Both the position numbers and the translations under genes were made by a program. This document shows positions 25,225 through 37,849 of a DNA stretch of 64,000 nucleotides, in pieces. The notes below the pieces were generated by a model. That model did no database searches and was not told the origin of the DNA. It saw nothing but the letters and a program-made list of their open reading frames with translations. Each line of letters starts with the position of its first letter. The first letter of the stretch is position 1. Location: the NCBI RefSeq assembly GCF_963921235.1, contig NC_086099.1, forward strand, positions 131,936,001 through 132,000,000. Direction: 5' to 3'. The stretch is from Mobula hypostoma. Its lineage: Eukaryota.

Positions 25225-27140
25225 TGGAGATATTTGCTTCATTGTTAGCCACTGGTCAAGTTTCTGAAGACCTGAAGATAGTTAAGGTTGTTCTGTTGTA
25301 TATGATGGGCAGAAAGGACAAGCCATAAGCCATAGGAGCAGAATTAGACCCATCGAATTTGCTCCTCCATTGCATCCTTGTTTTTTTTTTAAATTCCCCT
25401 TGACTCCATTCTCCTGCCTTCTCCTCGTAACATTTGCTGCCCTTACCAGTCAAGAACCTATCAGCCCCCACTTTAAATATATCTAATGACTTGACCTGCA
25501 CAGCCGTCTGTGGTAATGAATTCCATAGATTCATCACCTTCTGATTAAAGAAATTTCTTATCCTATTCAGTAGGATTCAATCACATTCTCCACACCCCCC
25601 CATTCCTCTAAACTCCAGTGAGTACTGCCCTTGAGCCATCAAACACTCCTCATTCGTTAACCCTTTAATTTATGGAATCATTCTCATGAACTCCCTTTGA
25701 ATTCTCTCCAATGCTAGCACATTCTTTCTTCAATAGGGGACCCAAAACTGACTTCCTTCAGACTCCGTACTTCCTCACCACCACCTGCCTTTCCACCATT
25801 TTTTGTCCTGTCTGCAAATTGGCCATAAAGCAATTAATTCCACCATCTAAGTCATTGACCTATAACATGAAAAGCAGCGGCCCCAACACCAACTCCTACC
25901 GAACACCACTAGTCACTGACAGCCAACCAGAAAAGTCTCTCTTTATTCCCACTCTCTTGCTTCCTGCCAGTCAGCCGATGTTCTATTCATGCTAGTATCT
26001 TTCCTGTAATAACAGTGGCTATCACCTTGTTTATCAGCCTCATGTTCTGCACCTTGTCAAAGGCCATCTGAAAATCCCAGTAAACAACATCCACTGACTC
26101 TACTTTGTCTATCCTGTCTGTTATTACCTCAAAGAATTCCAATAGATTTGTCAGGCAAGATTTCCCCTTAAGATAATTATGACTGTTTTATTTTATCATG
26201 TGCGTCCAAGTACCCCAAAACATCGTCCTTAATAATGGACTCCAACATCTTACCAACCACTGAACTTCTGTCCATTAGATTTGGGTTCCCCTACCATAGG
26301 AGAAAATTTCCATCTGTCTGATCTATGACAATATAAGGTCATCGCTTATTCTGTTATGTTCCAAAAGAATAACGACCTAGCCTGGAATGAGTTGCCGGAG
26401 GAAGGGGTTGAGGCGGGTACAATAGTATAATTTCAAAAGCACTTGGATAGGTACATGAGGGATAAGGCATAGACAGATGTGGGCTGAATACAGGAAACTT
26501 GGGCTAGCTGGGTGGGCTTCATAGTTGGCCTAGACTTGTTGGGCCAAAGGGCCTGTATCTGTACTGTATGCTGATGACTATTATCACATGCTTGTGGATG
26601 AAACCCACCCTGTATGAAGCATCATCATAAGCACAGAAAAAGGGCCCCTTAGATGGCTGTCTAAATGCCAACCATCAAGCATACAATAAGACCCTAAAAC
26701 TTAGAAGTGAAATTAGGCTATTTGGATCATCAAGTCCACTTCGCCATGCGCTTGTTTCTGATTTTAAATCCTCTCAACCCCATTCTACTGCCTTCTTCCT
26801 GAAACTTTTTAACATCCTTACTAATGAAGAACCTTTCACTCTCGCGTTGCCTCCACAGCAATGAATATGTCTGTCAAAGGTCTAGCAATCCTCTCTTGCC
26901 TCCATCAGTTTCTTGGGTGAAAGCAACAATGGAAAGCAGAGGGTGGTTTCAGGTGGAGCAAGTTCTTCCTGGTAACCAGTGGTGTTCTGCAGAGATTTGT
27001 TCTGGGACCTGTGCAGTTTGTAATTTTATAAATGACGTGGATGAGGAAGTAGAAGGGTAAAATCTTGGAATCCACATCCACTGATCCCTCAAAGTTGCTG
27101 TGGAAGGTGATAGGGTTGTGAAGAACGTGTATGGGGTGTT
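25225..27140. mobile_element. Cluster of decayed CR1 fragments in both orientations
   Basis: NLWNSLPQTAV..SLDIFK on the minus strand, CR1 3' UTR hairpin ends, and INDVDEEVEG on the plus strand. Confidence 0.7.
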
Positions 27141-27142
27141 AA

Positions 27143-27652
27143 GGCTGATTTATACTTGTGCGTACTAGCTTGCGCCGTAGCCTATGCAAGTGGGCTACGC
27201 CGTTATGAGCATTTATACTTGTGCATTGGTGTGTCTGCGTTGCTGTGCAATTCGGGCACGTCACGCATGTGTATTCACCTGCCTGTGCGAGGCTTCATGG
27301 TCATGGTAGACTTTCTCGGGGTAAACAAGCTTAAAGTGAGCATCTTTTTTCGTAAAAGTGAAATGTGTCCTCCATAATTTCGGTGGTCTGTAAAGCTTTA
27401 TGGAAAGCATTTCAGCCAGAGTTCCTTCCCTGCCCTTCAGTCGCCCAATGGGAAGCTATTGCAGTGTAGGAGGAAATGCGATGCTACCAAACGGACCAAT
27501 CACAGTTGTTGCAGTCTGCGTTGCCTTGATGCATAGTTACATTTTGGGAGAGGTGCATATCAGGCTACGGTGTAGGGATCTGCGTAGGCACTGCGTAGGG
27601 TTCGCAGCTGCGTCGTACCTATGGCGTCGATTTGACGCACAAGTATAAATCA
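27143..27652. mobile_element. PIF/Harbinger-like MITE, right terminus clipped by a PLE repeat
   Basis: 18-bp perfect inverted repeat TGATTTATACTTGTGCGT (27146-27163 / 27635-27652). The left end GGC is preceded by TAA. It sits inside a CR1 fragment. Confidence 0.72.
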
Positions 27653-27766
27653 CTCTTCCTTCAGTCAGTCCTGACGAAGGGTCTCGGCCTGAAACGTCGA
27701 CTGCACCTCTTCCTAGACATGCTGCCTGGCCTGCTGCATTCACCAGCAATTTTTATGTGTGTTGCT
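27653..27766 (+). mobile_element. Penelope-like terminal repeat carrying an intact hammerhead motif
   Basis: Near-identical to 18833-18942 and 63780-63892. Confidence 0.88.
27666..27703 (+). ncRNA. Minimal hammerhead ribozyme motif
   Basis: CAGTC-CTGACGA-AGGGTCTCGGCCT-GAAACGTC-GACTG, with a 5-bp helix I. Predicted cleavage after 27698. Confidence 0.82.
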
Positions 27767-27814
27767 GTGTTTAGTCTGGTTGCCTCATTATAGGAAGGTT
27801 GTGGAAGTTATGGA

Positions 27815-28085
27815 GAGTGACATACTAGATATGGAGGCTTGTGGTGTGATACGTAAAGACAAGGGAGACTCTATCTCTGTTATAAGTTTGGGGTAAGGGC
27901 AGATGTGTGGTGAATGGAGGCGAGGGCAGCTTCAATGGGGGAAAACCGTATTCTTTGGGGGAGGGGGAAGAAGAACATCTCTGAAATGGAAAGCTTTATT
28001 CTGAGAACGGGTGTGGTGGAAAAAGGGACTGAGAGACAGGAATAGCATTTTTACGAGTGACAGAGTGGGAAGAGGTTATAGTCAT
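27815..28085 (-). mobile_element. Decayed Penelope-like RT C-terminal fragment
   Basis: Its reverse complement resembles the KNAIP.SQ...RVPLVLTY region at 59480-59750. Confidence 0.6.
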
Positions 28086-28726
28086 TTCCACAAATGAATG
28101 AATAAATGGAGTGTATATTATATACAGCCTAATGTGTTTGTTTAATTTTTTTTTAAGTTTGTTTTTAGTTTATTAAAAAGCAGAGTTTTTCCATATGGAT
28201 GTGTTGTGTACTTAAAATATTTAATAAAATATCATAAAATGATCAAACAGATCTTGTGTCTGCTCTGTAGGTAACTTAAGTCCAAGACTGTAATGAGTGG
28301 AAAAGCCAGAAGATCATTAGCTGCCCTGTTTCCGTGCCCAGTCGTTCATTCACAGCTATCTTGACTTGCTGCGCAGCAGATAGATTTGGTGAGGTCATGT
28401 TTTAATCTCTGGTATAAATACTGGTACATGCAGAATTCAGAAGTTATGCCATTTTGTTCCAGCTGTTTGCTCATGTACTTAACAGATACGTTAATATTGT
28501 GTGAATCATCATGTGAGTCAGTTTAATTGATCTCTAATGGTATGGTTTGAAATTTTTGACTGTTTTCATTAAAAAGAGTAACTTAACAGCAAATTTGTTA
28601 TACTAAAAGTAGGTTGTCCTGTTAAAGATATTTTCAGGAATATAAAACATTTGGCTAAATATCCATTTTTTTCTATTACAATAAAAATGCTTATTAGTTT
28701 ACCCTTTGTTAACAGAACCAATCAAA

Positions 28727-28826
28727 ATGGCTGTCAGAACACATTCTCCTAGACATACACGCAGTAAGTCTGAAGGAACGCTAATTGACCTGGATGAGAG
28801 CCCGTCAACTCGCATGTTTGTAAAAG
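28727..28826 (+). CDS. MACC1: MACC1 first coding exon (MAVRTHSPRHTRSKSEGTLIDLDESPSTRMFVK)
   Basis: Not in the ORF track; read manually. Acceptor ...ccctttgttaacAG ends at 28715 and the ATG at 28727 has a strong Kozak context (aaaATGG). It encodes the SEGTLIDL clathrin-box region typical of MACC1/SH3BP4 N-termini. The donor AAAG|GTAC at 28826/28827 is phase 1, matching the next exon. Confidence 0.88.
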
Positions 28827-28887
28827 GTACTGAAACAATTACACTATATGATAAATTATTAATGTAGTTCTGGTTTACCTCTGGAGT

Positions 28888-28901
28888 TATATATATATGT
28901 C

Positions 28902-28975
<74 letters not shown>
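28888..28975. repeat. Compound (TG)n/(TA)n microsatellite in a MACC1 intron
   Basis: Directly visible dinucleotide runs about 60 nt after the first coding donor site. Confidence 0.95.
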
Positions 28976-28980
<5 letters not shown>

Positions 28981-29538
28981 ATTAATTGATTCATTTTCTG
29001 TTGATTAAATATCTAGCTGCAGAAAGTTAAATTCCTGCTTTTTTTAATTATCAGGGGCAATGCATACCAACCTGGTAGTGGGATGTCCTTATGTGTTTGG
29101 TTTTTCTCCCCAACATCTCAGGATCTGCCCAAATGCTGATTTTATTTTTGTTACCCTCTCTAGGACTTGGGCAGATGCTGATGACAGTCTTGCTGCAGCC
29201 TGAGATTGATGGTCCCATCACTGGTGAACCATCGCCAAATTTAGTGGTGATCTGCAGCTCCCTAATCTAAGTAAGGAGTAGGACTCTATTTTCTTTTGAT
29301 AGGTACTCCGATTACAATGTATGGTCTATTCATCCTGATAGATCAGGGCGGTTAAGTTTCTGTACCCTGGGCAAGAATCCAAATACCCTTTTTGTAATAA
29401 AGAATTGGGAGTTTGTGGGTGTTTTTTTTAAATAAATGATTGTCTTGTTTGCATTCATATTTTTCTTTTGGCATCTGACACTTTATTACTTATTCATGTT
29501 TTTCTTCTACATTTTATTTCCAACCTTATCCTCTGTAG

Positions 29539-31601
29539 AAAATAACAATCTTCTAGGAATTTCAAAAGGACAAGAATCTAATCTACTACAAGACTGGGAT
29601 TTGCTAGTATTTGACCAGCCTAACCATGCTGTTACTCAGAGCACAAATCCTTTTTGGAATGGTCTGTCAGGATCAAACCCATTTTTAGATGATATTGCCA
29701 AAGAAAGTGATGATAATGTCGTAAAGCCATCATCTGCATTAAATGAGAATGCACTGGGTTTTGAAAACCCAAGGACTACAGAGTCCATTTGCTCCTCAGC
29801 TGATGAATTGGATGTTGACAACCTGATCTATATTGGAAGACCATTTGCAAAGCAGCATGGAAGGTGGAAAAGTGCTTCAGATATCTTGGATTTTTCAAAC
29901 AAAGAAGATGTTCCTCAGAATAATCGTCCATTAAGTGAATTTATTGCCCCAAATTTAGAATCTTTTCAAAATGATAGAGAAGCTTACAAAGCGGCATGGT
30001 TGAACCATAGACAATTAACTAGATCATGCCTTGATTTGGACATGGTGAGTCAAAATCCTGGATGGGGGCAGACTCAGGCTATTGAAACATTTATTGTCTG
30101 TAAGATAGACCATAAAGGGGGATCACTTCATTTGCCTGAATCAGATGTAAGTGTCCATGTACCTGAAGGTCATGTTCCACCTGGTGAAATCCAAGAACTG
30201 GCAATAAAGGCCTTGCTTGAACCACCTCAGTTGCTTAACAATGATTTTTGTACAACAATTGGGCCATTACTGGAGATGAAACTAAGCAATTTCAACACTA
30301 AAGGTTCTATTTCTTTAGAAATGAAGGTGACAGCCGAAGTGAAAACTGATCCGATGAGTCAAGTTATGACTGACGTTGCATGTCTTTGTAGTGATGCTAA
30401 AGAGGGCCCTTTTGAGAAGGTGCACAATATTTACATATACAAAGATGTTATGCAAGTAAAACTTGAAAAATTGAGTCCTTGTATGTATGTTGTACCAGCG
30501 GTTGAAGCAAGATGTATTCATCCTTCAGCATTGACAGTATGGGATTATCTTGACAAAATGATTACTATTGGTGTTTATGGCCCCAAACACATTCATCCAG
30601 TTTTTACTGCAGTTTGCACAATCTTTTGTCACAATGAAATCCCACAGAGACTTACAGATATGAAAAGAAACAATAAAAACTTACCACCGGTTGTTCTTCA
30701 ACTTTGGGGAAAGCATCAGTTTCATTTAGAGAGACCACAAGATCTTCAAATTTCTGTTATTCCCACCGAGGCAAAGTATGAAGTACAGGAAACTGATCAG
30801 ACTATGCAAGTTGATAAATCTTTGCTAACATTGGGCAAGACAATTCGAAAGCCATTCTCGTTGTCTATGTGTAAAACTGGAGAAGTTAATTCATTTCAAC
30901 TTGTTATTCAGGTTAAAGGTACCAACCTCGATCTTATAACACAGTTCAGTATCCAGACACCCATGCCAACAGGCAAGTCAGGTATGAAAAGACGTTATCA
31001 AAAACGGAAAGAGTCACCAACACATAGCACTTCACATGAACCTTCACCTGTCAAGCATCCTGTATTTAAGGACAGAGAGATCAATATTATTAATTATGGA
31101 GTGGCACTGAAACCTGTGTTGAGACAACCAAAAATTGAATACTTATTGGAATATTTTAAAGGTGACACTATAGCACTTCTTGGGTTGGACAAAGTCAAAG
31201 TAATAGGTCAAACCAGGATCAAGGAATGGTATGTTGGTGTCTTGCGTGAAAAGGTTGGCCTTGTGCATTGCAAAAATGTGAAGGTGATTTCTAAGGAGCA
31301 GGTCATGGACTATTCAGAAGCGAAGGTTACAACCAAGATTCTCCTTGATCAAGTTACCATTCCTTTTAAAAGATTGACATATATGTATTCATCTGTCCGT
31401 GAAATCATCACAGAGAATATTACTAGTTGGAAGCCATTTGCTGAAGTGCTTGGATACACTGATCTCCCATTGGATATAGACCCCAGGACTCCAGTTGAGA
31501 GCGAATTGGAAAGAGTTGCATGTATACTGGAGAAATTAAAAGAAGACTGCCACGCTAGTGGTAACAAGGTAAAGAGAAAGTTTCTGCATGAAATTGTTCT
31601 G
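29539..31601 (+). CDS. MACC1: MACC1 large coding exon: NPF motifs, ZU5, UPA, variant SH3, start of death-domain region
   Basis: Lies within ORF 29436-31652. Motifs NPFWNGLSGSNPFLDD, NDREAYKAAWL..RQLTRSCLDL, GGSLHLPESD..VHVPEGHV (ZU5), YGPKHIHP and LLEYFKGDTIALLG..KEWYVGVLR.KVGLVHCKNVKV (SH3) match MACC1. There is no N-terminal SH3 as in SH3BP4. Acceptor ctctgtAG at 29538 (phase 1, G|AA = Glu); donor CTG|GTAAGT at 31601 (phase 0). Confidence 0.96.
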
Positions 31602-32084
31602 GTAAGTATTTTTAATAAGTTTGTCACTTCATTGCAGCTGGCAGCATGTTAGGTGCAACTTTAGTTGGAAATACTTAAGTGGTTCAGTCAATGGTAAAGG
31701 TTGCATGATATGGCATTTTGTGGCTATCCAAGTTATTTTTCCCAAAGCGAATTCACAAAAGTAACCGGTTTGCTCATTAATCTTATTGCTGCTTGTGGTA
31801 CATTGCTATGTGGGGAAAATAGCAATCGCATTCACTTAATAGAAATAATTCAAAGGATAAAAGATTACCTATTTAAAACTGAAGAGTTGTTGAATCACGA
31901 AGTGTGTTCATGGTTCAGAGATGTTTTGGACTGCAGAAAAAGAATAAATGTTATGAAGATGAGTCAGGTCAGTGGAATTGAGACCAGCACGTCTATCAGC
32001 CATAGTAATAAATGGCAGCGTGGACTGAAAGGTAAGAGAGCCTGCCATTCCTAATTCTCATATCTTTGTGTCAGAGGAAGGTAG

Positions 32085-32565
32085 ATAAGACCATAAGACA
32101 TGGGAACAGAATTAGGCCACTTGGCCCGTTGAGACTGCTTTCGATTTCAATAATGGCTGATTTATTATCCCTCTCAACCCCACTCTCCTGCATTTTCTCC
32201 ATAACTTTTGACACCTTTACTAATCAAGAACCTGTCAACCTCTGCTCTATGCATACCCAATGACTTGGCCTCCAGAGCTGTCTGTGGCAGTGAATTGACG
32301 GATTCACCACCCTCTGGCTAAAGAAATTCCCCTGTGCCTTCTGGTCCTAGACTCTTCCCTCATTCTTCTAAAAATCCAGTGAATACAGGCCCAGAGCTAT
32401 CGAATGTTCCTTGTGCATTAACCCTTTCATTTCCAGAATAATTCTCGTGAACCTCCTGAACCCTCACCAGTGCCGTTATTTCTTAGATAAGAGGCCAAAA
32501 ACTGCTCTCAATATTCCAAGTGCATTGTGACCAATGCCTTGTAAAGCCTTAGCTTTACACCCTAG
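32085..32565 (-). mobile_element. CR1 3' fragment
   Basis: Same subfamily as 6388-6900: ataagaccataagac tail and gaattaggccac hairpin end. Confidence 0.75.
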
Positions 32566-34029
32566 CTTTTTTTGTCCTTAACTCAAAGATGGCATATTGG
32601 TATCTTTGCTGATAATTAGCTTGAAAATGAATTAGTGGAAATAGAAAGTAGATTTAATGGTGACATATTTAAGTAACCATAATAGAAATTATTGCAAATG
32701 AATGTAATACTACTATTATCCTTTAAATTAATGTGGGATACCTTTTTTAAAAAATGAATGGTTGAGGTCTGCAGTGTTCTGCCAGATGTCATAATGAAGG
32801 CACATTCAATTATGAAATTTATAAAGAAACTGGATTAGTATCTGAGAGGTTAAAATTTGCAGGGCTGTGGAAGAGGGCAAATGATTGCGACCAACTGGAA
32901 TGGTCTTGCACAGAGTTGATAGAGACATTAGGCCAAATGGACATCCAAGCTGAAAGATTTGAGATTCTGTGAATGGTTATCCTTTGAGTGAGAGCTCCAA
33001 CCTTTTTGTTATTTGCATTCTTGCACTTTGTATTCATGCTATTTGTTTCGTGCAATTTGTTCACTACGAGGTAAAATTACTTTGACCGAGCAACCTTTGG
33101 GTTAAATATTCTGTTATTTACCAAATCACTAGGGTTTTGCTGGGCTCTGTTTTACCAACAAAACACTTCCTGAATATAGTGTATATTCCAAAATATACAG
33201 TACACTAAATTTGCTAATGAAAATGGTTGAGAAGGGAAACTGTTCGTTCATGTTTTAGAGTTGTTCGTGTTTGAACATGGGCATATTTTAATTTTGCCCA
33301 GTACCACAGTTCAATTTGGTTTAATATATGATGAATTCTTTCGTGCCATAATGTAGTCATGCATTTCAAACACAATAATCACTGAGCTGGTGAAAAATAC
33401 CATCTGATGATAAATGAGAGAATTTTGTACTTAGTACTCGAGGCAAGTGAAGAACCTGTCTAGGCTCAAGATGATGTGGTTAGTTTGGTATGCCCATAGT
33501 AATGTCTTGCTCAATGCCTTATGATTTGCCTGATATCAGAAATCTAACGTTAAGATATCTTAATCAAGAAGATTTTTTCCCCCAGAAAAGCCATATACTC
33601 CAATAGAACTTTCTGTATCACCTCGGAAAATTTCTAAATTCTAAAATTTGATAACTTCTGATGTACTAGTTGCCAACAGCAGATTTACAAGTGTTGAGAA
33701 TTTAAACAGAATCTGAACATGGGCATTTTACCTGCATTATCAAGGCTTATTTGTTCAAGTTTCAAAATGAGCTTGCATGAGGACTGAGTTCCTTTCAGAT
33801 ATTTCAAAAATAGCAATTGAAGATAATTAAGCATGAGTGGATTCAACTAATTTTAACCATGCTGCAGTTTCCAAATACTGTCTTGGTCTGTATCTGTCAA
33901 TCACAATCACAACAACATGGATTTCTTTAATAATAAAAGCCCTTAATGTTTAATACATTCCAAAGCAATTCATTGGAGCAAATTTGTTTTAATAAAGTTT
34001 TAAAAGAAGAGAAAATGAATGCAACATTG

Positions 34030-34545
34030 GAAACACTGGTTGAATTGTATATGGTACTGCTCACTACACCATAAGAAAAATGTGCTTGTGCTAGAGAGAG
34101 TGCAGAAATAATTCACCAGGATGTAGCCTGGGTTAGAGAGCTTCAGTTTTGGGGGGAGAGAGATTAGATATGTGGGCTTGCTTTCCCTGGAACAAAGGAA
34201 GTGGTGGGGTGACTGGATGTCATGTACATCAATAGGTAAGTAATCAGAATCTTTTCCCATTGTTAAGAGTATCAAAAATGGGGAGCATAGATGTAAGGTG
34301 GGAGTAATGAGATTTAAAGCTGACTTGAGGGGACAGTTCCTACAAAAAGTGGTTGCTAACTAATTTGTTGCCAGAGGAGATGGTGGATACAATCACTAAG
34401 GGATATTTAGGCAAGTACTTGAATGGACAAGTCATAGAGCCGAATGGATCCGATTCAGGCTGCTCGTGGGATTAGTCAAGGTGAGTATAAAGGTTAACAT
34501 AGAAGTAGTAGGCCAAAGGATCCATTTCTATACTGTACAATTCTG
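34030..34545 (+). mobile_element. Decayed CR1 3' fragment
   Basis: Remnants of the LERVQ...RGD region and 3' UTR. Confidence 0.65.
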
Positions 34546-35392
34546 ATTTAAAGAATAACTTTCCAAGTGCAGTATTTCGATTTGCAACTCTATGCCCTGC
34601 ATCTTAAACTAGCAATGTTCAAGAGAAAACTTAATTTTATACAGAAGCACTCACATCTTTTTAACGAGTTCACTGTTAATACTGGAACAAGAAATGTTTA
34701 TCTTCTACTTCTTGCAACCAGCAGTGTTATGTTTATAATTTATCTTATGTTGATGTTTGGATATGAGACTTAACGAATTGATGGCAATTGATGTACTCTG
34801 TTTCACTTGATCCAGTCCAGTCACAGGCAGGTAAAGGGCAATGTTTGATTTGTAAACAAAAGTTAAAAGGAGGACCAGAAAATTATTACTGACTGCTTGT
34901 AGATACTTCAGCTAATTCTGGTTAGCATGATAAATTTCCTTTCTCAGCTTTCAAAGTTGCATGTTGGGTATTAATCAATTGTACTTTGTTTCCATGATTT
35001 GTTCATGTTTATATGTTATATGTTCAGCCACAAAAACAAAGTACTGAGTAATCTGGGGATGTATTACTAAATGAAGAGATTATTTGACAAATGAAGGTGT
35101 TGGATAATGTGCAATTTGACATTGATTGTTGACAGTACTCTGTTAAACCAAACTAAGTGTGATTTTTCCACTTGAGAATTGATCTTGGTGGTGGGTGTGT
35201 CAGTACTGATGACCCTACCTGGACCATGAATATATTCACCAAACAAAGATTCTCCACAACAGACATACCTATATTGATCTAAAGGAAGTAACATTCCAAC
35301 ATGAGTTCAAAACTCTATCAAGAAAACAATCATTGCAATATTTGCATGCATATAGACTGAAGTTGATCTAGAAAGAGGGATGTTTGTATTTG

Positions 35393-36015
35393 TATAGAAA
35401 CATAGAACATAGAAAACCTACAGCACTATGCGGGCCTTTCAGCACACAATGCTGTACCAAACATGTACGTACTTTAGAAATTACCTAGGGTTACCCATAG
35501 CCCTCTATTTTTTTAAGCTCCATGTACCTATCCAGGAGTCTCTTAAAAGACCCTATCGTATCCGCCTCCATCACCGGCAGCCCATTCCATGCACTCACCA
35601 CTCTTTGCGTTTAAAAAAAAATCTTACCCCTGACATCTCCTCTGTACCTACTTCCAAGCACCTTAAAACTGTGCCCTCTTATGTTAGCCAGTTTACCACG
35701 TTATCATCCAGATCATTGATGTAGATGACAAACAACAACAGACTAGCCCCAGAACTGATCCCTGTAGCACATCATGAGTCACAAGCCTCTAGTCAGAGAG
35801 GCAACTATTCCACTACTACTCTGTGGCTTTTCTCATGAAGCCAATGTCTAATCCAATTTAGTACCACATTTTGAATGCCAGGCGACTGAATCTTCTTGAC
35901 CAAACTTTCATCTAGGACTTTGTCAAATATCTTGCTAAAGTCCATGTATACAACATCCACTACCTTGCCTTCATCCACTTTCCTGATAACCTTCTGGAAA
36001 AACTCTTTATAAAAT
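35393..36015 (-). mobile_element. CR1 fragment with internal deletions
   Basis: atagaaacatagaacatagaaaacct tail and a VDVVYMDFSKIFDKV motif. Confidence 0.8.
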
Positions 36016-36019
36016 TGGT

Positions 36020-36795
36020 TAGACACAGGACAAGATGGCACAGGGCAAGCATTGGTGTTCTGTCGGTTGCAGGAAATTGTTCCAAAAATTCTCTTCAATA
36101 TACCTCTTTTGGGAAAAACCAGGACACCTACTAACGAGGAGGAACCCATTGCTACTGCCTGTCTTCCGTACATTTCCATGGTTTCTGGAAGGATCGCCGG
36201 GGTCCTGAAGAAATACTGGATTAATACCAGCCACAAACCTGTAAAGAAGTTCGAGTCACAGCTTATGCAGGTCAAAGATGACCTGAGACTCACATCAGTT
36301 GGCGTTTATAGGATTCGCTGTGAATGCAGAGCAGTGTATATTGGCCAGATGGAATGCATGGTGGAAACCTGCATCAAGGAGCACAGGAGGTCTATCCATT
36401 TGGGTTACTTGGAGTAAATTGGTGGCAGAACACTGTCTTTGCAATGGCTATAGGATTGACTTTGATGGCGCAAAACTACTGTGCCATGCCAACGGCTTTT
36501 GGGTCCACTTGGTGAAGGAAGCCGTTGAAATAAAATGAGAGAAAAAGAATTTTAACAAAGACAAAGGTCTCACTCTAATTCGGAACTGGAATTCGATTGT
36601 AAACAAGCTAGGAGAGTGGAAACCTGATTGGATAAGGAGTAACCTATCAAGCAGGATGGAATACAGGGGTATAAATACCACTGGACTAGACTTGCCCAGG
36701 TGACATCCCTGAAAAAGATACTTTTTTCATCAAAACATCAGTTATAATCGATACCTGTACCCGGCTGGAAGCCCGAGGGAAGTTTATTCGGCTCT
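36020..36795 (+). mobile_element. Penelope-like element 3' part: GIY-YIG endonuclease remnant and decayed hammerhead repeat
   Basis: LPYISMVSGRIAGVLKK...GVYRIRCECRAVYIGQ...RRSI. Downstream CCTGAAAAAG...CAAAACATC (36708-36739) looks like an eroded CTGANGA...CGAAACGTC. Confidence 0.82.
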
Positions 36796-37487
36796 GGAAT
36801 TAATTTCACTGCAGTCTGCAGTATGTTGTTTCCTGTCAAGCAATGTACTTGAAAATCAACTCAATGATCTTCATACCTCAGGATGGGCTGAAAAACCCTG
36901 ACCAATCAGGCACACCATCTTTAAGGGTTATCGCCATGGCTGAACGCGAGGCAGGAGGGGGTGGCGGGTGGGGGAAGAAATGCGAAACCAGGCTGAAACA
37001 GAGATGAGGCATTCTACACAGGATCTCATTGGAAAATGTGCAGACACTGGAGAACAAAATTGAGGACCTGAGAGCAAGACTGCTCTATTGAAGAGAACAG
37101 AGAGCCCGTCTATTGGATGCTTTATTGAAGCATGGCATTCTCTGGCTACGCCGGTTTCAGCAGTCAAAGCAGAAGAAATCTCAATTTTCAGAATGGACTA
37201 AACTGCTGATTTGGAAAGGTGTGTGTTTTATAAACTCTCATTGGTGCTCTGATGTGACAATTTTGTCAAACTTGTGTTCTCCCTAACTTGAATACCTAAT
37301 GTTCGAATGCTGCTTATTCTACTTACCAAGGGAATTCTCGTAATCCTGACTGCAATTTGCATACCATCAATGGCCGACTAAAATCAAATGCCCACGCCAC
37401 TGCATGGTGCCCTATCTAAGCAAGAAACAGCCCATCCTGACACATTGCAAATCATAGACTTGTTTGAAGGAAACCCTGCCCAAATAC

Positions 37488-37840
37488 CACCGTTGTGCTA
37501 GGAAGTTTGTGAACCCTGTAGAATTTTCTCTATTTCTGCTTAAATATGACCTAAAATGTGATGGATCTTCACTAGTCCCAAAACTAAATGAAGAGAACCC
37601 AATTAAATAAATAAAACAAAAAACATTATAGTTCATTTGTTTCTTGAGAAAAACAATCTCAAGAAACAAATGTATTTGTTGGAAAAAGTATGTGAACCTT
37701 TGCTTTCAATAACCGGTGTGACACCTTGCACAGCAATAACTTCAACCAGACATTTCAGGTAACTGTTGATCAGTCTTGCACATTGGCTCAGAGGAATTTT
37801 AAGGCATTCCTCCTTACAAAACTGCTTCAACTCTGGAACT
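37488..37840 (-). mobile_element. Tc1 transposon right end with transposase C-terminus
   Basis: Minus-strand LKQFCKEECLKIP..QCARLINSYLKCLVEVIA is a typical Tc1 C-terminus. The repeated aagt(t/a)tgtgaacc motif (IR/DR-like) occurs near 37503 and 37686. Confidence 0.8.
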
Positions 37841-37849
37841 GCACCCCAA

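Noticed and set aside
29436-29538. Hydrophobic 'signal peptide / TM' N-terminus of the 738-aa ORF
   Set aside because: It is the translated T-rich polypyrimidine tract of the intron. The real exon starts at 29539 and splices in phase to the upstream ATG exon.
29539-31601. Assignment as SH3BP4
   Set aside because: There is no N-terminal SH3 domain, and the 853-aa length and motifs (NPFWN.LS.SNPFLDD, DREAYK.AWL, EYFKGDTIALLG) fit MACC1.
31602-31652. C-terminal VSIFNKFVTSLQLAAC of the 738-aa ORF
   Set aside because: Read-through past the GTAAGT donor. MACC1 similarity resumes at 44918.
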